Shown here piece after piece: positions 7,984 through 18,008 of a stretch of 64,000 nucleotides of DNA; position 1 is the stretch's first letter; every line of letters starts with the position of its first letter. Below the pieces are notes generated by a model that saw only the letters and a program-made list of their open reading frames with translations, did not search any database and was not told where the DNA came from. A program made the translations under genes and the position numbers. The stretch spans positions 320,001 through 384,000 of the forward strand of contig CAWCKJ010000003.1 of assembly GCA_963796105.1 (NCBI GenBank), written 5' to 3'. This DNA comes from a candidate division FCPU426 bacterium. GTDB taxonomy: Bacteria > Oederibacteriota > Muellerivitia > Muellerivitales > Muellerivitaceae.

Positions 7984-8414
7984 ACCAACTTTTCCTGATT
8001 GACAGTTCAGCGTGGATTTTCGCATTAGGTCCACGACCTGTGGAGGCTATACGTGAAAGGGTTGAAAAGTTAGTGAAAAACAACCTTGCGGCTATTACCT
8101 CGCCGATATTCTTCGAACTTGTTTCCTCTGAAAAAAACCAAACTCATTCGGCCTTATTAGCGGCCCATTTATCGGCGCTTCACCCTTTCCCCTTATTGCC
8201 CCAGGAATGGGCAGAGGCTGCCGAGTGGACGAGGGCACATCGTCAAAAGGGTCATAAATTAAAAACTATTGATGCATTGATTGCCTATAAATCGCTCAAA
8301 CACAATCTGACCCTAGTTCACGCCGACGCGGATATGGATAGAATTGCCGACCATACCAAATTGAATGTTGAAAGCTATGTTCGGCATGTTCGCTCAGTTC
8401 ACGGAAGCAATTAA
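7980..8414 (+). CDS. vapC: PIN-domain ribonuclease toxin
   Basis: LIDSSAWI, FELV, IDALIA, LVHADADM acidic PIN motifs. Confidence 0.9.
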   Translation: MNQLFLIDSSAWIFALGPRPVEAIRERVEKLVKNNLAAITSPIFFELVSSEKNQTHSALLAAHLSALHPFPLLPQEWAEAAEWTRAHRQKGHKLKTIDALIAYKSLKHNLTLVHADADMDRIADHTKLNVESYVRHVRSVHGSN

Positions 8415-8435
8415 ATTTGATGATGGGAGTTGTGA

Positions 8436-8669
8436 ATGCGCGCAACTATTAATATCGAAAAAGGTGTGATGGAAAATCTGATGAAATATACAAAATCCAA
8501 GACCCGCGCCGAAGCGGTCAATCGCGCTTTGACGGATTGGGTCCAGCATCTAAAACTCATGAAACTGCGAGCTCTTCGTGGAAAGCTTCATTTAGAAAAC
8601 AATTGGAAAATGCTCCGTTCCCTTGAAAAGCGGGAATTTCGATCAACATTTGCCCAACGTCCTCGTTGA
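8436..8669 (+). CDS. vapB: Second VapB-family antitoxin (orphan)
   Basis: MRATINIE...TRAEAVNRAL...LRALRGKL pattern. Confidence 0.75.
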   Translation: MRATINIEKGVMENLMKYTKSKTRAEAVNRALTDWVQHLKLMKLRALRGKLHLENNWKMLRSLEKREFRSTFAQRPR

Positions 8670-8703
8670 TAGTTCCGTTTCGGAATAGTCTTTCCGGGGA
8701 AAC
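8650..8703 (+). pseudogene. Relic of a vapC 5' end
   Basis: TTG-started LPNVLVDSSVSE*SFRGN overlapping the antitoxin end resembles the PIN N-terminus 'VLVDSSVWIxFFRG'; the rest is missing. Confidence 0.5.
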
Positions 8704-8719
8704 CTAAATCCATCATTAC

Positions 8720-8759
8720 AAAAAAAATCCCCCATGCCTCTTACGAAGCATGGGGGATT
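8720..8759 (-). terminator. Intrinsic terminator for the CBM9-like gene
   Basis: AATCCCCCATGC / GCATGGGGGATT stem preceded by an A-run on + (U-tract on -). Confidence 0.8.
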
Positions 8760-8779
8760 GAGAATTTTTAAAATTGATA

Positions 8780-9812
8780 CTACTTGATGTCAGCAACACC
8801 CCACATAGCAGGATTGTCCCAGGCGTCAACGGTGGCGTTCCAGAAGATACTTCTTTTCCCTCGAGCCCGCCTCGCTGGCCTTGGCCAAGCCCGCGTCAAA
8901 ATTAATGGATTTCCCGGCGGCCCAGTCGTTTTCCGGCAGGTTGGCTAAGGGGATGATACCGGTCATGATATATCCCTTGGCGGTCGGGGTGGCCTCGATT
9001 TTCCCGCCTTTCAACACGGAACCGATTGGGAAAACCCGGATAACCGGTTTGCCTGAGTCGCTTGAGGGGGCCAGGACAAACTGGAAGTCGTAATCCGACT
9101 TCTTCATGCGGCTGGTCTTAAGCATGGTCGATTTCGCGCAGAAGTAGAGTTCCAGGCAGTCCGCGTTCCAGCAATTGTCGAAATTCTGCTTGTTGACCGG
9201 GCCGCGGCCCTGGGTCACTTCACAGGCGATATAGATATTTTTCAGGTCCGTGGCGAGCCTTAAATCAGCCGAAAGGTCGGCGGCGCCAGTGACTCTGCCG
9301 ATGCAGATATGGTCCTTGTTGGCCGGTGAAATTTTGATTGAAGGAACAGCGGCAAAGGGCGTCATCCCCGAGTCAATGGCAATGGGGGCATCCACTTTCT
9401 TGATTACGGCCGGCCCTGTGGCTTCTGGTGCGGCTTTCTTAGCCTTTTTTGCCCTCTTAACAGCCTTGTGCTTTACCGGGGCTGGTGTCGCGACGGCAAC
9501 GGCAGGAGCCACGGCGGCTGGAGCAGCAGCGGCTGGAGCAGCAGCGGCTGGTGCGGCGGCAGGCTGGGCGGCTGCGGCAGGTTGAGCGGCTGCTGCAGGC
9601 GCAGCGGCAGCAGGATTAGTCGCTGGTATGACTGGCGGTTTTAATCCCTCTTCAATTGGGGGAGGCCCCGCTGGAGCGGCTGTATTCGCGACAGGCGCGA
9701 CAGCGGCCGGTGTCGTAGCGGCGGCCGGCGCGGCAGCGTTAGTCTGGGCCATTACTAACCCATAACTTCCAACAAATAGAACACTTAGCAACATCATCAT
9801 AAAGCGCTTCAT
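8780..9812 (-). CDS. Secreted Ala/Pro-rich protein with CBM9/DOMON-like sugar-binding domain; apparent 1-nt frameshift near 8849
   Basis: GGAGG RBS, signal peptide, PAAA repeats, 'WNADCLELY', 'GYIMTGIIPL'. The family-like tail IFWNATVDAWDNPAMWG lies in the shifted frame, which ends at 8780. Confidence 0.7.
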
Positions 9813-10211
9813 CCAAAGCCTCCTTATAGGTACATAATTCTAAACTTCAAGAGCCGAGGTTCGTTTGATGCTTGAGGCCTGGGCCTTGAGCGAAAACATT
9901 GTATTCGGGGGAGGGGATTAGGGCAAATTATTTGGAAAAGGATTGAGGGTTATATTAAATTTGGGTAAATCATAAATACAGTTTTCACCACAGGGACTCA
10001 GAGACACAGTAAAAAGCTAATTTTTCCTAAAAAATAAACCCAACTGAACCGGGAGACACAGAGCACAGATTTCATTAAATTCCTGGACTTGGCGGTGCGA
10101 ATCAATGTTAACTTAGCACAAGGGTTTTAATTTGGACTTAATTGAACCGAATTCACACGAATCCAGAAAAATCAGTTAAAATGCGTCGGAAATTGATCGA
10201 AAGAGGTATTC

Positions 10212-10448
10212 ATGCCAGCACCATCGTCGTTTGAGGATTCACTCTCGAAATTGGAAAACATCGTCTCGAAAATGGAGTCGGGGGACCTCAAATTGGAGGA
10301 TTCCTTGAAGCTGTTCGAGGACGGCATGAAACTCACCAAGGAATGCAACCAGCGTTTGAACGAGATTGAGAAAAAAGTAAAAAACCTCCTGAAAACCACC
10401 CAAGCCAAAACAGGCGAAGGCGGATCTAGCCGCGGGTCCAAGGCCTGA
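10212..10448 (+). CDS. xseB: Exodeoxyribonuclease VII small subunit
   Basis: SFEDSLSKLENIVSKMESGDLKLEDSLKLFEDG; upstream of ispA-dxs. Confidence 0.95.
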   Translation: MPAPSSFEDSLSKLENIVSKMESGDLKLEDSLKLFEDGMKLTKECNQRLNEIEKKVKNLLKTTQAKTGEGGSSRGSKA

Positions 10449-10453
10449 GACCC

Positions 10454-11350
10454 ATGCCCTTTTCAATCCAAGCCTATCTTGGGAAAAAACGGGATGTCGT
10501 TGACGCTGGCCTGAAAAAAGTTTTCCAAAATTCCGGCAATTGCCCTCCTACCCTTTGGCAAAGCATGAAATACAGTGTTTTCGCCGGGGGAAAAAGACTT
10601 CGTCCCATCCTGTGCCTTGCCAGCGCCGAGGCCCTGGGCCTTCCACAAAATGAAGCCTTACGGATCGGCTGCGCCCTGGAACTCATCCACACCTACAGCC
10701 TCATCCATGACGACCTCCCGGCGTTGGATGACGATGATTACCGCAGGGGCCGTAAAACCAACCACAAGGTCTTCGGGGAAGCCATGGCCATTTTGGCGGG
10801 GGACGGGCTCCTCACCCTGGCCTTTGGATGGGCGTCAAATCCAAACGCTTATTCGCCTCTCCGGAGGAAAAATTTGCCCCAGGTTACGGCTGAACTTGCC
10901 AAAGCCGCTGGCTATCCAGGGATGGTGGGTGGCCAGGTGGATGATGTCCTGTCCGAAAGAAAAAAACCAAATCTCACCAAGGTCCTTTCTATTCACAGCC
11001 GGAAAACCGGCGCCCTTCTTTCGGCCAGCGTCAACCTTCCTGCCATCCTGATTGGCGCTTCCACCCGGAAATTCCAAGCCCTAAACGTTTACGGCCGATG
11101 CGCAGGACTGGCTTTCCAAATCGTGGATGATATCTTGAACGAAACTGGAAACAGCGGCCAAATGGGCAAGAAAGCGGGAAGCGACCGCGAACGTGGAAAA
11201 ATGACCTATCCCGCTGTGATGGGTATCGAGAAATCTAAAAAAGAAGTCTTGAGGTTGACGAAGCGGGCTGTGGAAGGCCTCCGGGTATTCGGGACCAAGG
11301 CGGAACCCCTAACGTCGCTGGCCCTATACATGGCCGAAAGGACAATGTAA
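10454..11350 (+). CDS. ispA: Farnesyl/geranylgeranyl diphosphate synthase
   Basis: GGKRLRP, SLIHDDLPALDDDDYRRG, FQIVDD motifs. Confidence 0.95.
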   Translation: MPFSIQAYLGKKRDVVDAGLKKVFQNSGNCPPTLWQSMKYSVFAGGKRLRPILCLASAEALGLPQNEALRIGCALELIHTYSLIHDDLPALDDDDYRRGRKTNHKVFGEAMAILAGDGLLTLAFGWASNPNAYSPLRRKNLPQVTAELAKAAGYPGMVGGQVDDVLSERKKPNLTKVLSIHSRKTGALLSASVNLPAILIGASTRKFQALNVYGRCAGLAFQIVDDILNETGNSGQMGKKAGSDRERGKMTYPAVMGIEKSKKEVLRLTKRAVEGLRVFGTKAEPLTSLALYMAERTM

Positions 11351-11352
11351 AC

Positions 11353-11796
11353 ATGAACCCGGTGACGCAAATCCTCACGGCCAAGATTTTCTGGATTCCC
11401 GCCCTGGCGTGGTTCGTGGCCCAAAGCTGCAAAGTTTTATTTTATTTTTACCGCCATCACAGGATTAACTTTAAGCTTTTCGTGGGCTCTGGCGGAATGC
11501 CCAGTTCCCATTCCGCGTTGGTGGCCTGCCTGGCCACGACCATCGGTTTGCAATGCGGCTGGAACTCGCCGGTTTTCCTCTTGGCGATGGGCATCTCTTT
11601 CGTCATCATGGCGGACGCGGCGGGGGTGCGCAGGGCGGCGGGCCAGCAGGCCAAGATCCTGAACGAAATCATGGATGACATGAACAACTCCAAACCCTTC
11701 CCGCACATGCGGTTGAAGGAATTCTTGGGCCACACCCCTTTCGAGGTTATTATTGGGGCCTTAATGGGATTATTATTTGCGATCGTCTTTTATTGA
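11353..11796 (+). CDS. Divergent PAP2 family (DUF212) membrane protein
   Basis: GGMPSSHSA, DAAGVRRAAG, LGHTPFEV motifs; usual position after ispA. Confidence 0.9.
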   Translation: MNPVTQILTAKIFWIPALAWFVAQSCKVLFYFYRHHRINFKLFVGSGGMPSSHSALVACLATTIGLQCGWNSPVFLLAMGISFVIMADAAGVRRAAGQQAKILNEIMDDMNNSKPFPHMRLKEFLGHTPFEVIIGALMGLLFAIVFY

Positions 11797-11895
11797 GCGC
11801 CATAGGCGTCCAAGATAAACAAAATCCAAGAAACAAAGATAAATGAAATCAGGAATTTTGAATTCTAAACGACTTTAAACAAAAACAAGTCCTTC

Positions 11896-12108
11896 GCCAC
11901 GGATTCAGGGGATGCAGGGGGATGGCCAAGAAAATGGATTTTGTATAAAAAGTTTAACGATCGTGTTCTATGGCTCAGCCGTCGGCCGATGGAAAAATTT
12001 ATTTTTCCACGGTCCGCTGGCAGGGCCATAACGCCCATCGGGCGCAAAGGCAAAGCCTTTGTCACGATCTAGACATGTTGAATCCCATGAATCCCATGCA
12101 TCTGTGGC
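11896..12108. repeat. Imperfect inverted repeats with internal 9-bp periodicity
   Basis: GCCACGGATTCAGGGGATGCAGGGGGAT (11896-11923) versus the reverse complement of 12082-12108, GCCACAGATGCATGGGATTCATGGGAT. Confidence 0.6.
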
Positions 12109-12266
12109 TAGAGATTTTTCCAGACATGTGTGATTGAGCGAAATAAGGTTAAAAAAGCCCTATTTCATTCCTATCTCGGTAAAAGTTAATTTTTGAGTTT
12201 TTTGGGGAATGACAAACTTGTAAAACAGCGTTTTAATCTTTAAGGATTTTTAGTACTGGGAGAAAC

Positions 12267-14183
12267 ATGTACGAGTACCTGGACAAAATCGAAAGCCCGG
12301 CCCATTTAAGGGCTCTGCCTCCGGAGGTTCTTCCGAAGGTCGCGGCGGAATTGCGGGATTTCCTCATCACTTCCGTTTCCAAGACCGGGGGACACCTGGG
12401 CGCCTCCTTAGGGGCGGTCGAATTGACCCTCGCCTTGCACTACGTTTATGACACGCCCCAAGACCGGATCGTTTGGGACGTGGGCCACCAAGCCTACGGG
12501 CATAAGGCCCTGACGGGCCGCAGGGAACGCTTCGCCACCCTGAGGCAGGCCAACGGCCTGGGCGGATTCCCCAAACGCTCCGAGAGCGAATACGATACCT
12601 TTACCGTCGGCCATGCGGGCACCGCCTTGTCGGCGGCTTTCGGCATGGCGTTAGCCCGCACGATCCAGAAACAAAACTTCCACGTTGTGGCGGTAGTAGG
12701 CGACGCCGGCATCTCCAATGGCCTTTCCATGGAGGCGCTCAACAACATCGCGGACCACCCCGAACTGAACATGGCGGTGGTTTTGAACGACAACGAGATG
12801 TCCATCTCCCCGAACGTGGGAGCCATGTCGGCCTATTTGAACAAAATCCTGATCGGCAAATCCTTCAATGAGGCCAAGACCCGGCTGGAACACCTTTTGG
12901 ACCGGATTCCCAAGGTGGGACCCCAGGTTCTGCAGATGGCCCATCACGCCGAGGAGGCCTTGAAGGGTTTCATGACCCCCGGGACCCTTTTCGAGGAGTT
13001 GGGCCTGCGCTATTACGGGCCCATCGACGGTCACAACGTGCTGATGCTGGTTGAAATTTTCAAGCGCGTGAAGCAGTTGAAGGGGCCGGTTATGCTCCAC
13101 CTCGTCACCCAGAAGGGGAAGGGCTACGCCCCAGCCGAGGAAAATCCCGAGAAGTACCATGGAGTCACGGTGTTCGACAAGGAAACGGGAACCATGACCG
13201 TCCCGACCGTTCCCGGCGCGGCGCCGACCTACACCAAGGTTTTCGGGGATGCCATGATCGAGCTGGCCAAGGACCACCCAAAACTGGTCGGCATCACGGC
13301 CGCCATGCCCGACGGCACTGGACTCAAGAAATTCGGAGAATTGAACCCGACACGCTTCATGGACGTGGGAATCGCTGAAAGCCACGCGGTTTGCATGGCC
13401 GCCGGAATGGCCTGCGAGGGCCTCAAGCCCGTGGTGGCCATTTATTCCACCTTCCTCCAAAGGGCCTATGACCAGATCATCCACGACGTCTGCCTCCAGA
13501 AACTTCCGGTGGTTTTCGCCTTGGACCGCGGAGGTTTAGTGGGGGACGACGGGGAAACCCACCAAGGCGTCTATGATTTGTCCTATCTCCGCTGTGTGCC
13601 CAACCTGGTGGTCATGGCGCCATCGGATGAGAACGAGTTGAGGAACATGCTTTTTACAGCAATTAAACATGACGGCCCGATCGCACTGCGCTATCCCAGG
13701 GGCGCCGGGGAGGGGATTCCCATAATGCCCGGATTCCAAAAAATCGAAATCGGGAAGGGAACGATCCTCACGGAGGGAAGCCAATTCGCGATCCTTGCCA
13801 TCGGCAATATGGTGGGCGTCGCCAAGAAGGCGGCGGCCTTGTTGAAAAAAGAGGGTTCGGAAGGGACCGTGGCCAACATGAGGTTCGTGAAACCCTTGGA
13901 CGAGAAAATGATTATCTCCATCGCCTCCAAAACCAAAATCATTCTCACCCTTGAGGAAAATGTCCTGGCCGGGGGCTTTGGAAGCGCGGTCCTGGAATGC
14001 CTCCAAAATAATGGAATGACCGACTGCGCCGTGCTCCGGCTCGGCATTCCCGACAAGTTCATCGAGCAAGCCAAGCCCCAACAACAGAGGGAAAACTGCG
14101 ATTTGGAACCCTCCAAGGTCGCGAAAGCGGTGCGCCAGATGATGACGAACAAGTCCAAGTACATCCTTGGGGCCGTTTCTTAA
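12267..14183 (+). CDS. dxs: 1-deoxy-D-xylulose-5-phosphate synthase
   Basis: GGHLGASLG, WDVGHQAY, LNDNEMSIS, YSTFLQRAYDQ motifs. Confidence 0.98.
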   Translation: MYEYLDKIESPAHLRALPPEVLPKVAAELRDFLITSVSKTGGHLGASLGAVELTLALHYVYDTPQDRIVWDVGHQAYGHKALTGRRERFATLRQANGLGGFPKRSESEYDTFTVGHAGTALSAAFGMALARTIQKQNFHVVAVVGDAGISNGLSMEALNNIADHPELNMAVVLNDNEMSISPNVGAMSAYLNKILIGKSFNEAKTRLEHLLDRIPKVGPQVLQMAHHAEEALKGFMTPGTLFEELGLRYYGPIDGHNVLMLVEIFKRVKQLKGPVMLHLVTQKGKGYAPAEENPEKYHGVTVFDKETGTMTVPTVPGAAPTYTKVFGDAMIELAKDHPKLVGITAAMPDGTGLKKFGELNPTRFMDVGIAESHAVCMAAGMACEGLKPVVAIYSTFLQRAYDQIIHDVCLQKLPVVFALDRGGLVGDDGETHQGVYDLSYLRCVPNLVVMAPSDENELRNMLFTAIKHDGPIALRYPRGAGEGIPIMPGFQKIEIGKGTILTEGSQFAILAIGNMVGVAKKAAALLKKEGSEGTVANMRFVKPLDEKMIISIASKTKIILTLEENVLAGGFGSAVLECLQNNGMTDCAVLRLGIPDKFIEQAKPQQQRENCDLEPSKVAKAVRQMMTNKSKYILGAVS

Positions 14184-14184
14184 C

Positions 14185-15186
14185 ATGCCCTTTTGGACAC
14201 CCCGGATCCGTTTGTTTCTCATAGCAGATGGCATTCTCATATTAGCCCTGGCCGTGATTTACAGTGCCTCCAGTTCCCCCCAGATCCAAACCAAGAAAAA
14301 CTTGAGCGAGCGGATCTTCGTCACACCCGAAGTTGGGGAAGCCACCACCGGGGCCCAGCCTGAAAGGGAAACACTCCAGCCGCCAGCCGTCCCCCTGAAA
14401 ATCGGCGACCTCGGCGCCATCCTTCTCAACCGCCTTCGTTCCACCAGCGTCACGGTCTCCGTCCACGCGGTGGAGCTTGGGGAGAATTACTGGTCCATCG
14501 CCAGCGACAATGACATCGATATTTACACCTTGATCGGCGCCAATCCCGACCTGCCGTTCCGGGCCGCCATGGGTCACCCGGTTAATATCCTCTCCCAGCG
14601 CGGTGTTTTGCACAGCGTTGAGAAGGACGAGACCATCAAGTCCATCAGCGCGCTTTACAAATGCAACGAGAAATTACTGGCTTCAGAAAATCACCTGACC
14701 TGGTGGCATGGCTTGCGCGCAGGGGACGTGCTTTACATTCCCAATGTGAAACCTATCCGCATGACCGAGGAATGGCGCAATTATTTCAGCAAGAGGGGCA
14801 TCTTCGGCATACCTTTCGCGAGCTGGGGCAAGGGCTGGACGTCCGGTTTCGGCTGGAGGAAAGACCCTATTACTGGGGAACGAAAAATCCACAAGGGCGT
14901 CGATTTCAAGGCCCATTATGGCGAGTCTGTTTACGCGGCCGGTACCGGAACCGTCATCTTCGCCGGTGTGGCGGGCGGTTACGGGAACCTCATCAAGATC
15001 AAGCATCCCAACGGCTATATCACCATGTATGGCCATCTTTCAAAAATCCTGGTCAAGGGCGGCCATCATGTCCGCAGGGGAGAAATCATTGGAAAAGTTG
15101 GCGCTACGGGGCGGGTGACAGGCCCGCACCTGCATTTTGAGATCCGCAAGAACGGGAAGGCCATCGATCCCCTGCAGATGATTTAA
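14185..15186 (+). CDS. Membrane-anchored LysM / M23 metallopeptidase
   Basis: N-terminal TM segment, two LysM-like repeats, HKGVD and TGPHLHFE motifs. Confidence 0.9.
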   Translation: MPFWTPRIRLFLIADGILILALAVIYSASSSPQIQTKKNLSERIFVTPEVGEATTGAQPERETLQPPAVPLKIGDLGAILLNRLRSTSVTVSVHAVELGENYWSIASDNDIDIYTLIGANPDLPFRAAMGHPVNILSQRGVLHSVEKDETIKSISALYKCNEKLLASENHLTWWHGLRAGDVLYIPNVKPIRMTEEWRNYFSKRGIFGIPFASWGKGWTSGFGWRKDPITGERKIHKGVDFKAHYGESVYAAGTGTVIFAGVAGGYGNLIKIKHPNGYITMYGHLSKILVKGGHHVRRGEIIGKVGATGRVTGPHLHFEIRKNGKAIDPLQMI

Positions 15187-15360
15187 CGAAACTGGAATTC
15201 CGGATATAGTTGATTGGATAACAAGGAAATCTCCTGTTTTTAAACAAGTTTTGCTTTATCGAAAAGACCGTTGTTTCTAGTGTTTATAACCAAACCTAGG
15301 TCATATTGACTCTGGCGTGGTTTCGGCATACTTATACTTTCTCATTTTTTTGGAGGGATC

Positions 15361-15609
15361 ATGGCCAAGCGCAAGGGGCGCGTGAAGGTTGACGCAAACC
15401 GCTGCAAGGCTTGCGGCCTCTGTGTTTTATACTGCCCCAAGGATTGCCTTGAAGCGTCGGAAAGCTTGAACGCCCTCGGCTTCGTTCCCATGCGGTTCAA
15501 TGATTCCTCGGAATGCACCGCGTGCGGCAACTGCGCCTTGATGTGCCCCGACATGGCCATCCAGGTCTGGATTATGGACGAACCCGCCGCTGTCGAGGCC
15601 CGCAAGTGA
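15361..15609 (+). CDS. 2[4Fe-4S] ferredoxin-like delta subunit of 2-oxoacid:ferredoxin oxidoreductase
   Basis: CKACGLCVLYCP and CTACGNCALMCP. Confidence 0.95.
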   Translation: MAKRKGRVKVDANRCKACGLCVLYCPKDCLEASESLNALGFVPMRFNDSSECTACGNCALMCPDMAIQVWIMDEPAAVEARK

Positions 15610-16667
15610 CCCTCACTTTGTGCAAAGGCAACGAGGTGATCACCGAGGCGGCCATCGCGGCAGGCTGCCGTTTTTACGCCGGTTATCCCATCACCCCCCA
15701 GAACGAGATCACGACTTCCATGGCCCGCCGGATGCCCGAGGCTGGCGGAACTTTTATCCAGGCCGAAAGCGAGCTCGCCTCGATCAATTTGTGCTTCGGC
15801 GCCTCAGTGGCGGGAGCCCGCGCCATGACCTCCACGTCCTCCCCTGGGTTCAGCCTGATGCAGGAGGCGGTTTCCTACCTGGCTGCCTGCGAGATTCCCT
15901 GCGTTCTGGTGAACATCATGAGGGGCGGTCCCGGGCTTGGCAACATCCAGCCTTCCCAGGCCGATTACTTCCAAGCGGTGAAGGGAGGAGGCCACGGCGA
16001 TTACCGGAACCTGGTCCTGGCCCCAGCCACTGTGGAAGAAGCCTACGCCTTCACCCAATTGGCTTTCGAGCTCTCCGACAAGTACCGGAATCCCGTCGTC
16101 CTGCTGGCAGACGGTCTGCTGGGCCAGCTCATGGAACCGGTGAACCTTGCCCAAGAAACCCAGCAGGTCCTCCCCAAACGTTCCTGGATATTGGACGGCG
16201 CAAAGGGGCGCAAGCCCCGCCTCATCCGTTCGCTTCTCATGGTGGAAGGGGAACTTGAGAAACACAACTACCACCTGGCGGAAAAATACCGCTCCATGGA
16301 AAAGGAAGCGCGTTGGGAGTTGGACCAGCAGGAGAAGGCCCAATTGCTGGTTGTGGCCTATGGTTCCTCCTCCCGGTCCGCGAAAGCCGCGGTACGGGAG
16401 GCGCGGGGTAAGGGTATGAAGGTTGACTTGCTGCGGCCCCAGACCCTTTGGCCTTTCCCGACCGGGGCCGTCCGTAAGGCCGCGAAACGCGCGGGCCGGG
16501 TACTGGTGGTTGAAATGAGCCTGGGCCAGATGGTGGAAGACGTGCGTCTAGCGGTGGAAGGAGCGGTACCAGTGGAATTTTTCGGAAGGCCTGGCGGGGC
16601 CTTGCCCACCCCGGGCGAAATCCTGGCGGTTATGGAACGCAACCCCGGCATGAAGGTCAAACCATGA
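15606..16667 (+). CDS. 2-oxoacid:ferredoxin oxidoreductase alpha subunit (VorB/KorA-like)
   Basis: GTG overlapping the previous stop; GYPITPQ, QAESE, TSSPG, RGGPGLGNIQPSQADY. Confidence 0.92.
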   Translation: MTLTLCKGNEVITEAAIAAGCRFYAGYPITPQNEITTSMARRMPEAGGTFIQAESELASINLCFGASVAGARAMTSTSSPGFSLMQEAVSYLAACEIPCVLVNIMRGGPGLGNIQPSQADYFQAVKGGGHGDYRNLVLAPATVEEAYAFTQLAFELSDKYRNPVVLLADGLLGQLMEPVNLAQETQQVLPKRSWILDGAKGRKPRLIRSLLMVEGELEKHNYHLAEKYRSMEKEARWELDQQEKAQLLVVAYGSSSRSAKAAVREARGKGMKVDLLRPQTLWPFPTGAVRKAAKRAGRVLVVEMSLGQMVEDVRLAVEGAVPVEFFGRPGGALPTPGEILAVMERNPGMKVKP

Positions 16668-17398
16668 AACTGGCCAATCCTCACCCGGAATCCCTCAAGG
16701 AAAATCCCTATTCCTATTGCGCAGGTTGCGGCCACGGATTGGCTCACCGGCTGGTGGCTGAGGTTTTGGATGAACTGGATGTTCGGGAGAAAACCGTGGG
16801 TGTCGCGCCGGTCGGCTGCGCGGTTTTCGCCTACGATTACTGGAATTTCGACGTGACAGAGGCGCCCCATGGCCGCACCCCTTGCGTGGCGGCCGGAATC
16901 AAGCGGGTCCTGCCTGACCGGGTAGTGTTCAGCTACCAGGGGGACGGGGACCTAGCCTCCATCGGCATGGGTGAAATTGTGCATACCGCCAACCGGGGTG
17001 AAAACATCACGGTGGTCTTCATCAACAACGCCAATTACGGTATGACAGGCGGACAAATGGCTCCTACCACGCCCCTGGGCATGAAGACCACAACTACGCC
17101 CATGGGGCGCTCGGCAGTGGACGGGCATCCGTTCCGGATACCGGAACTCTTGAACGCCTTGGATCTTCCCGTGTACCTGGACCGCCAGTCACTTCACGAC
17201 CCGGCGCACGTTCGAAAAGCCAAGGCCTCCTTGAAAAAGGCGTTCCAACTCCAAATTCAAGGCAAGGGCTTCACCCTGGTTGAACTACTGTCATCCTGCC
17301 CATCCAACTGGGGCATGACAACCGCGGACGCCATGAAATGGGTGGGCGAGCAGATGGTGAAAACGTTCCCGCTGGGAGTGGTGAGAGATAAATCTTAA
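16664..17398 (+). CDS. 2-oxoacid:ferredoxin oxidoreductase beta (TPP-binding) subunit
   Basis: YCAGCGHG, QGDGD...NNANYGMTGGQ. Confidence 0.93.
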   Translation: MKLANPHPESLKENPYSYCAGCGHGLAHRLVAEVLDELDVREKTVGVAPVGCAVFAYDYWNFDVTEAPHGRTPCVAAGIKRVLPDRVVFSYQGDGDLASIGMGEIVHTANRGENITVVFINNANYGMTGGQMAPTTPLGMKTTTTPMGRSAVDGHPFRIPELLNALDLPVYLDRQSLHDPAHVRKAKASLKKAFQLQIQGKGFTLVELLSSCPSNWGMTTADAMKWVGEQMVKTFPLGVVRDKS

Positions 17399-17435
17399 AT
17401 TCGCGGATGACGCATTGAAGTTGGAGGGTTGGTTT

Positions 17436-18008
17436 ATGCGGGAAGAATTCCATTTCCGGGGTTCGGGTGGGCAGGGCATCCTGCTGATGGGGCTTGTGCT
17501 GGCTCATTCGGCCATGAAGGATGGCCTGCACGTGTCATGGATCCCCTCCTACGGCGCCGAGCGCCGGGGCGGGACCTCCTTCTGCGCGGTTACGGTTTCG
17601 GATCAACCCGTGGATTGCCCGCTGACGGACCAACCTACGTTGCTTTTCGCCATGGACCAACGAGCGGCCCATACCTACGCTACATCCCTGCGGCCGGACG
17701 CAGTTTTGGTTTATAACTCCACAATGGTTTCCGATCCGCCCGAGGGGGCTTTCAAGGCTTACGGAGTGGAAGCCTCACGCCTAGCTTCCGATGCCAAACT
17801 GTCCCAAGCGGCAAACATGGTGGGCCTGGGAGCGGTTCTGGCGGTCAAGCCCGTGGTCAAGCTATCCTCGGTGGCCATGGCCCTGCCAGAGGCGCTGGGC
17901 GCCCGCAAGAGCCACTTGGCGCCGGCCAATTTCCAGGTGCTGGAGGCAGGATTCAAATCCGTCCGCCCCTATCCCCAGCGGGACGCTAATCGCGCAAAGA
18001 CCCTTTAA
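17436..18008 (+). CDS. 2-oxoacid:ferredoxin oxidoreductase gamma subunit
   Basis: GSGGQG, PSYGAERRGG. Confidence 0.92.
   Translation: MREEFHFRGSGGQGILLMGLVLAHSAMKDGLHVSWIPSYGAERRGGTSFCAVTVSDQPVDCPLTDQPTLLFAMDQRAAHTYATSLRPDAVLVYNSTMVSDPPEGAFKAYGVEASRLASDAKLSQAANMVGLGAVLAVKPVVKLSSVAMALPEALGARKSHLAPANFQVLEAGFKSVRPYPQRDANRAKTL

Noticed and set aside
9480..9740. GC-rich short tandem repeats as a CRISPR or VNTR element
   Set aside because: They encode the PAAA linker of the CBM9-like protein; no repeat-spacer structure.
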